Shown: piece by piece, positions 58,088 through 64,000 of the stretch | How positions within the stretch are numbered: the stretch's first letter is position 1 | How the letters are laid out: each line of letters opens with the position of its first letter | Source: Bacteroidia bacterium | GTDB taxonomy: Bacteria; Bacteroidota; Bacteroidia; B-17B0; Aurantibacillaceae | Length of the DNA stretch: 64,000 nt | NCBI GenBank assembly: GCA_020846335.1 | Contig: JADLED010000087.1 | Location: 9,032 to 73,031 of the forward strand | Direction: 5' to 3' | The notes under the pieces: generated by a model | Databases searched by the model: none | The model's input: the letters and a program-made list of their open reading frames with translations, nothing else | What the model was told of the DNA's origin: nothing | Program-made: the position numbers and the translations under genes

Positions 58088-60546
58088 TAAAAATTAAAGT
58101 TATAGGTAACAGCAGGAATAACAGAACCAACAATTGAAAAGCGCACCGCTTCTGTTTGGTAGGTCGTTCCTTCTTTGGTGCGGAAATAAATACTAAATGC
58201 ATTACGGCGGTTGTAGGCATTGTAAACACTAAACACCAGACTGCTTTTGTAATTTTTAAATATTTTTCTTGGAACCATGACATTGCTAGTGTCAAGACCT
58301 AATACTTTACGATACCAAACACGACGATCTTTTTTTCTGGCCCAAACTTTTTCCATGTTTATATCGTAAGTGGCGCCCAAATCCAAACGGTGGTAGGAAG
58401 TTATTCTAAAATTATTGCGCACGTTATCGGTATTGTATGGAATGCTCCAACCCTGTACCTGAACCTTCGCATTTGGGAAAGTGGCCGGCACACCGCTTAA
58501 AAGAACAAAGTTGGCAGATATGTTCCAGCGCTTGGTAATGTCGTAATTCAAACTGGTATTTAAACTGTGAGTGCGGTCGTAGCGACTTTTAAACCAATCG
58601 CCATTGCTGATGCCTCTTACCAAACGTTCGGTTTTGCTTAATGTGTAACTAATCCATCCCTGCAATTTACCCTTGTTTTTTTTCACATAAAATTCCGCGC
58701 CATAAGCTCTGCCCAAACCTTGCAGCAATTGGTTTTCCACCGTTGGGTTAATAAACAAATCGGCATTATCAATATAATCCAGTTGGTTTTGTAAATATTT
58801 ATAATAACACTCTACCGAGGTTTCAAACATGTTGTCTTTAAAATTTCTAAAGTAACCCACACTTCCCTGATCACTCAGCAAAGGTTTAAGGTTGTTGGAA
58901 GCAATGGTGTAAACATCCAGCGGAGTGCTGGCAGCCGTGTTGCTAATTAACTGAATGTATTGGGCCATTCGGTTATAACTGAATTTTAAAGAACTTACTT
59001 TGTTAATGCTGTAATTCATTGAAAACCTTGGTTCGGGATTGATGTAGGCTTTAATCAATTGCCCGGCATTGTAGGTAGCCGAACGGTCGAGCGCCCTGGC
59101 AGTATTGGGCACAGTATCTCTGAAATAATAAGCCTTGCCTTTGCCAACGTATGTGTACATGCTAAAACGCACACCGTATTCAGCAGTAATTTTTGGTGTT
59201 ATTTTTTGTTCGTTGCCAATGTAGGTTGAATACTCCACGCCATAGCGTTTAGCTGATTTAAAGGTAACAGTGGCATTTTCAAAATTTCCAACTGCGTTGT
59301 AAGGTAAAAAATCGTAAGCCAGTGCCTGAGCGCCAAATCGCAGGGTGTTGCGTGAATTGAGGTAATAAATAAAATCGTTTTTTAAACTGTAATTAATAAT
59401 GTTACTCTTCCAGTTAAAACTCTGGCCGCTGGAAGTGCCAAATTTTAAGGCGTAATCGTAGTTACTGTAAAATGCTGTGGCATTCATAAATAACTTTTTA
59501 TTAAAAATATGATTCCACCTTGCAGTAGTGGTAGTGTTGCCCCAATTGAAGCTAAACACACTGGCACCAAAAACATCGCGACCTAAATAACCACTGGCGA
59601 ACACCGTATTTTTATCGTTAATGCGCCAGTTAAATTTTGCAGTTAAATCGTAAAAATAAAAATCCGCCTTTTTTAGTGCGTTGGTTTCTTTCAAAAATGG
59701 TTTCACCAAAGCATCAATGTAACTCCGCCTTCCGGCAATAATAAAACTGGCCTTGTCTTTAATAATGGGGGCTTCTAAACTTATACGGCTAAAAATTGTT
59801 CCCAAACCGCCACTCACAGTTGTTTTTTTACTGTTGCCCTCTTTCATGCGCACATCTAAAATAGACGAAACACGTCCACCATACTGCGATGGAATGCCGC
59901 CTTTAATTAGCTTAACATCCTTAACTGCATCCGGATTAAATACCGAAAAGAATCCGAACAAATGTGATGAATTGTAAACCGGCGCTTCGTCCAGTAAAAT
60001 CAAATTTTGGTCAATGTTTCCACCGCGCACGTTAAAACCGCTGGCACCTTCACCAACAGTGGTAACACCCGGCAACAACTGAATGGCACGGATTACATCC
60101 ACCTCGCCCAACAACGCTGGTATTTTATTAATTTGCTTGATGTCTAATTTGGCCACACTCATTTCAACACTTTTCACATTTTTATCTGCTGCTTCGGAGG
60201 TAATTTCTACTTCTTCCAAATCTTTTCCCTCCTCCTTTAATTCAAAATTTTTGGTAACGCTCTTATCCAGATCAATCGCAAAAGTAAAAGTGGCGTAGCC
60301 TATTAATCCAACTGCAATAATGTGTTCGCCTTTTGGCAAGGTAAGGGCATAAAAACCGTACTCGTTGGCACTTGCACCAATGTTGGAGCCCTGTTTGTAA
60401 ACGGTGGCACCAATTAACGATTCGCCATTTTTGGCATCCTTTACGTATCCACTAATTGTATATTTTTCGGTGCCTTTAGAGGGCTTGTCCTGCGCAAAGC
60501 CTGAAAACACAATAAACGCGAACAAACTGAGTAGCTGATATTTCAT
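58087..60546 (-). CDS. TonB-dependent receptor
   Basis: Start moved to ATG 60546 (MKYQLL..GFA-Q); LGEVDV..LLPGV, VRGGNIDQNL, C-terminal YNFNF. Confidence 0.92.
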   Translation of the reverse strand: MKYQLLSLFAFIVFSGFAQDKPSKGTEKYTISGYVKDAKNGESLIGATVYKQGSNIGASANEYGFYALTLPKGEHIIAVGLIGYATFTFAIDLDKSVTKNFELKEEGKDLEEVEITSEAADKNVKSVEMSVAKLDIKQINKIPALLGEVDVIRAIQLLPGVTTVGEGASGFNVRGGNIDQNLILLDEAPVYNSSHLFGFFSVFNPDAVKDVKLIKGGIPSQYGGRVSSILDVRMKEGNSKKTTVSGGLGTIFSRISLEAPIIKDKASFIIAGRRSYIDALVKPFLKETNALKKADFYFYDLTAKFNWRINDKNTVFASGYLGRDVFGASVFSFNWGNTTTTARWNHIFNKKLFMNATAFYSNYDYALKFGTSSGQSFNWKSNIINYSLKNDFIYYLNSRNTLRFGAQALAYDFLPYNAVGNFENATVTFKSAKRYGVEYSTYIGNEQKITPKITAEYGVRFSMYTYVGKGKAYYFRDTVPNTARALDRSATYNAGQLIKAYINPEPRFSMNYSINKVSSLKFSYNRMAQYIQLISNTAASTPLDVYTIASNNLKPLLSDQGSVGYFRNFKDNMFETSVECYYKYLQNQLDYIDNADLFINPTVENQLLQGLGRAYGAEFYVKKNKGKLQGWISYTLSKTERLVRGISNGDWFKSRYDRTHSLNTSLNYDITKRWNISANFVLLSGVPATFPNAKVQVQGWSIPYNTDNVRNNFRITSYHRLDLGATYDINMEKVWARKKDRRVWYRKVLGLDTSNVMVPRKIFKNYKSSLVFSVYNAYNRRNAFSIYFRTKEGTTYQTEAVRFSIVGSVIPAVTYNFNF

Positions 60547-60758
60547 AGATATTGGTATAGATGTGGTTTTAACAGGGCGCAAAACTATGGAAACTATTTT
60601 CCTCACGCAAGTTTCCATCCTCGATTTAAGCCTCTCATATAAATACTTTTCACAAAATGTGCTAAAATTTGAAGTCTGGAGTAAAGTCATTTTATCATGA
60701 CAATCAAGTGCCTGTTTACCCCTATTCTCAAAAGCAATTTAGCAGGGCTTTTTTTTAG

Positions 60759-60766
60759 TAAGTTTG
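60759..60766 (+). promoter_or_regulatory. -7 promoter element for hisS (TAAGTTTG)
   Basis: Exact TAnnTTTG 21 nt upstream of ATG 60788. Confidence 0.6.
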
Positions 60767-60787
60767 CCTTTTATAATAAACGTATTA

Positions 60788-62161
60788 ATGAAACCATCCA
60801 TTCCGAGCGGAACAAGGGACTTTGGACCCGAAGTGATGCAAAAAAGGCAATACATTTTAAATACCATCCGTCAAAATTTTGAGTTGTTTGGTTACCAGCC
60901 CATTGAAACGCCTGCCATGGAAAAAATTACCACCCTTACCGGTAAATATGGTGAGGAAGGCGACCAATTAATTTTTAAAATTCTGAACAGCCGCATACAC
61001 GATAGCAAGAATAAGGATTTACTCAAAAAAGAATTTGAACTTTCGCTCGAGTCATCGCGTAATTCAGAAGAATTGACCGAAAGGGCTCTCCGTTACGACC
61101 TCACTGTGCCCTTTGCACGCTTTGTGGTGATGAACCAGGGTCAGCTCACCTTTCCGTTTAAACGTTACCAGATACAACCGGTGTGGCGGGCCGACAAACC
61201 ACAAAAAGGCCGTTACCGCGAATTTTATCAATGCGACGCCGATGTGATTGGAAGTAATTCATTAATTAATGAGTTAGAACTCATTTCGATGATGGATAAA
61301 TGCTTTAATGAATTGAAGGTTCCGGTAGTGATAAAATTTAATAACCGAAAAATTCTAACGGCTATTTCGCAGGTAATTGAAGAGCCTGGTAAAATTATTG
61401 ACATCACGGTGGCCATTGATAAACTCGATAAAATAGGCAAAGAAGGCGTTAATAAAGAACTGGCAGAAAAAGGTGTATCAGAAATAGCCATTGATACTTT
61501 GCAGCCTTTGCTGGACTTTAAAGGAACCAATACCGAAAAAGTAAGCATTCTGAAACAACTTTTGGGAAATAATACAACCGGAGTTGAAGGCATTGAAGAA
61601 ATTGAGTACCTGCTTAATCATTCAAAAACAACTACCGCAATTCTTGAATTGGATATTACCCTGGCCCGTGGCCTGAACTACTACACCGGAACTATTTTTG
61701 AAGTTAAAACAAATGCCGGCACCTTTACCCCCAGCATTTTGGGTGGTGGGCGCTACGACGACCTTACCGGAATTTTTGGCCTCCCCAACATGAGCGGCGT
61801 TGGCATTTCGTTTGGCATTGACCGCATTTACGATGTAATGGAAGAACTGAACCTGTTTCCTGAAAGCATTAGCAAAACAGCGGGTGTAAAAGTATTGTTT
61901 ACACACTTTGATGCTGAATCGCAAAACCACTGCCTTTCGCTGGCAGCACAATTACGCGCTCAATCCATCTCCTGCGAAATATATCCCGACCTCACCAAAA
62001 AACCGGGCAAACAATTTGATTACGCCAATAAAAAAAACATTCCCTTTGTATGCACGGTTGGCAGCAACGAGATGACCACCGGCCTTTACGCTTTAAAAGA
62101 CATGACCAGCGGCACAAAACACCAGTTAACCATTAACGACTTAATCACTTTTGTAAAATAA
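60788..62161 (+). CDS. hisS: Histidine--tRNA ligase
   Basis: GTRDF, LRYDLTVPFAR, GRYREFYQCDAD, RGLNYYTG, GGGRYD. Confidence 0.97.
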   Translation: MKPSIPSGTRDFGPEVMQKRQYILNTIRQNFELFGYQPIETPAMEKITTLTGKYGEEGDQLIFKILNSRIHDSKNKDLLKKEFELSLESSRNSEELTERALRYDLTVPFARFVVMNQGQLTFPFKRYQIQPVWRADKPQKGRYREFYQCDADVIGSNSLINELELISMMDKCFNELKVPVVIKFNNRKILTAISQVIEEPGKIIDITVAIDKLDKIGKEGVNKELAEKGVSEIAIDTLQPLLDFKGTNTEKVSILKQLLGNNTTGVEGIEEIEYLLNHSKTTTAILELDITLARGLNYYTGTIFEVKTNAGTFTPSILGGGRYDDLTGIFGLPNMSGVGISFGIDRIYDVMEELNLFPESISKTAGVKVLFTHFDAESQNHCLSLAAQLRAQSISCEIYPDLTKKPGKQFDYANKKNIPFVCTVGSNEMTTGLYALKDMTSGTKHQLTINDLITFVK

Positions 62162-62166
62162 ACCGA

Positions 62167-63657
62167 ATGAAATTTGTTATCAATCATTCTGAAAAACTGA
62201 GCATAGCACAACTCGAAAATTTTTTGAAAGATGCCAATGCCACTGTTGAACTTTCTGAAAACACCCGCACGCAAATTTTAAACTGCCTCAATTACCTTGA
62301 TGCTAAAATGAAAAGTAACGGCGCGCCCATTTACGGCATCAACACCGGTTTTGGCTCGCTCTGTAACGTGATTATCCCCGACAATCAGATTGAACAATTG
62401 CAGGAAAATCTGGTAAAAAGTCACGCTTGCGGCATGGGCGAAGAGGTAGAGCAAGATATTGTGAAACTGATGCTGTTTTTAAAAATACAATCGCTGGCCT
62501 ACGGTAAAAGCGGCGTGCAATTGCAAACCGTGGAGCGTTTGTGCGATTTTATAAATTTAGGCATTTACCCAATTGTTTACAAGCAAGGTTCACTGGGCGC
62601 AAGCGGCGATTTATCACCCCTGGCGCATTTGTGTTTGCCTTTGTTGGGCATGGGCAAAGTAAACTACAGGGGCAAAGTGTGCCAAGCGGCAGACGTGTTA
62701 AAAGAAAACAAACTCACTGCCATTAAATTAAAATCGAAAGAAGGTTTGGCGCTGCTCAACGGCACACAATTTATGAGTGCCTTTGGTGTGTATTGTTTAA
62801 TTAAATGCCATCACCTAAACACGGCAGCCGACACCATCACCGCTCTATCCATCGATGCCTTCGACGCGCGCATCGACCCCTTTAAAGACCATTTACACAC
62901 CATACGTCCACACGCCGGCCAATTAAAAACCGCACAGGCCATCCGCAAAAATTTAGAAGGCAGCGAAATAACTGCCAAGACTAAAACACAGGTGCAGGAC
63001 CCATATTCGTTCCGCTGTGTGCCACAGGTACACGGTGCCACCAAAGACACCTTTAATTATGTGCTTTCTGTTTTTGAAACAGAAATAAATTCGGTAACCG
63101 ATAACCCTACTATTTTCCCGGAAGAAGATGAAATCCTAAGCGGCGGCAATTTTCACGGTCAACCACTGGCTTTGGCGCTGGACTTTTTATGCATTGCGAT
63201 GTCGGAATTAGCCAACATTTCGGAAAGAAGAACCTACTTATTGATTTCGGGACAAAGAAATTTACCGGCTTTTTTAACGCCAAATCCCGGACTAAATTCA
63301 GGTTTTATGATTCCACAATACACAGCCGCCAGCATTGTGAGTCAGAACAAACAATTGTGTACGCCCGCCAGTGCCGATAGCATTGTAAGCAGCAATGGTC
63401 AGGAAGACCACGTGAGCATGGGTGCCAATGCCGCCACCAAATGTTTGACGGTGGTTGAAAATGTGGAAAAAGTGTTGGCCATTGAACTGCTGAACGCCGC
63501 TCAGGCCCTCGAATTCAGACGACCAATGCGTAGTTCCGGAAAAATTGAAAATCTGATGAGCGACTTCCGTAAAAAAGTGGACTTTATGGAACACGATGAA
63601 ATCGTTTATGAACTGATGCACCGCGCTCAGGAATTTTTAAAAACAAACGCGTTCTAA
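62167..63657 (+). CDS. hutH: Histidine ammonia-lyase
   Basis: YGINTGFG, GSLGASGDL (MIO-forming ASG), QDPYSFRC, GNFHGQP, QEDHVSMG. Confidence 0.96.
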   Translation: MKFVINHSEKLSIAQLENFLKDANATVELSENTRTQILNCLNYLDAKMKSNGAPIYGINTGFGSLCNVIIPDNQIEQLQENLVKSHACGMGEEVEQDIVKLMLFLKIQSLAYGKSGVQLQTVERLCDFINLGIYPIVYKQGSLGASGDLSPLAHLCLPLLGMGKVNYRGKVCQAADVLKENKLTAIKLKSKEGLALLNGTQFMSAFGVYCLIKCHHLNTAADTITALSIDAFDARIDPFKDHLHTIRPHAGQLKTAQAIRKNLEGSEITAKTKTQVQDPYSFRCVPQVHGATKDTFNYVLSVFETEINSVTDNPTIFPEEDEILSGGNFHGQPLALALDFLCIAMSELANISERRTYLLISGQRNLPAFLTPNPGLNSGFMIPQYTAASIVSQNKQLCTPASADSIVSSNGQEDHVSMGANAATKCLTVVENVEKVLAIELLNAAQALEFRRPMRSSGKIENLMSDFRKKVDFMEHDEIVYELMHRAQEFLKTNAF

Positions 63658-63697
63658 AATGAGCGTTCACTTAATATATTTAACTTCTTTTAAGGGC

Positions 63698-64000
63698 ATG
63701 AAAAAACTGTTCTTCTTTTTGTTTTTTTTTGTGTCATTTTTTGATTCGAAATCCTGCGAATGCCCGATAACCGGACTGAGTATGGAGGAGTGCAATAAAT
63801 ACGAAATTATTTTCAGAGGAAAAATTGTGGCGGTAAAAGACTGCAATAACAATTTTGGCGAAGCCGTTTTTGAAGTTCAGGAATTGTTTAAAGGTAATGC
63901 CACCAAAAAATTTAAAGTGTTGTTTGAATGCGGTTTGCCCTGTAGTGCCAAATTTAATGTGGGCGATGAGTGGATTATTTACAGCCGCTACAAACAAATG
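63698..64000 (+). CDS. Exported TIMP/NTR-like protein, 5' part (runs off window)
   Basis: Not in ORF track. MKKLFFFLFFFVSFFDSKS-CECPITGLSMEECNKYEIIFRGKIVAV...FKG...C..F.VGDEWIIY. Confidence 0.7.
   Translation, partial: MKKLFFFLFFFVSFFDSKSCECPITGLSMEECNKYEIIFRGKIVAVKDCNNNFGEAVFEVQELFKGNATKKFKVLFECGLPCSAKFNVGDEWIIYSRYKQM

Noticed and set aside
60547-60690. N-terminal extensions given by the ORF track (also 214, 38243, 43088, 44922, 51723, 52087, 53299, 60764)
   Set aside because: Downstream ATGs give proper signal peptides or family N-termini, fit the -7 boxes and avoid overlaps
63711-63742. Phase-variable poly-T tract
   Set aside because: Runs of 9 T or fewer encoding a Phe-rich signal peptide are ordinary in this AT-rich genome

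Overview
A 64 kb stretch of core chromosome from a free-living Bacteroidota (Bacteroidia-like) bacterium. The phylum call rests on four T9SS C-terminal sorting domains, TonB-dependent receptors, the fused lpxC-fabZ gene, TAnnTTTG -7 promoter boxes and Gln-starting mature proteins. About 55 protein genes are present. Housekeeping genes include prfB with its +1 programmed frameshift, rsmA, gpsA, miaA, hemA, holA, lpxC-fabZ, lpxA, hisS, hutH and feoAB. There are also envelope/glycan genes, secreted hydrolases and signalling proteins, one tRNA-Lys(UUU) and a probable 6S-like RNA. I found no CRISPR array, integrase, transposase or prophage block. Most notable: (1) an exported TPR-Ig-caspase gene operonic with a beta-propeller/PP2C sensor phosphatase; (2) a translationally coupled FG-GAP(T9SS) / CX4CH cytochrome-propeller lipoprotein / DCC thiol-oxidoreductase operon; (3) a 16x9-bp tandem array containing the stop codon of a glycosyltransferase; (4) a Mom/Hef-C-like putative acyltransferase coupled to miaA; (5) a kdnA-like Kdo8N aminotransferase without kdnB nearby; (6) an orphan SiaB-like kinase; (7) a TIMP-like Cys-X-Cys secreted protein. 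Family assignments come from motif recognition and recall, not from database searches.
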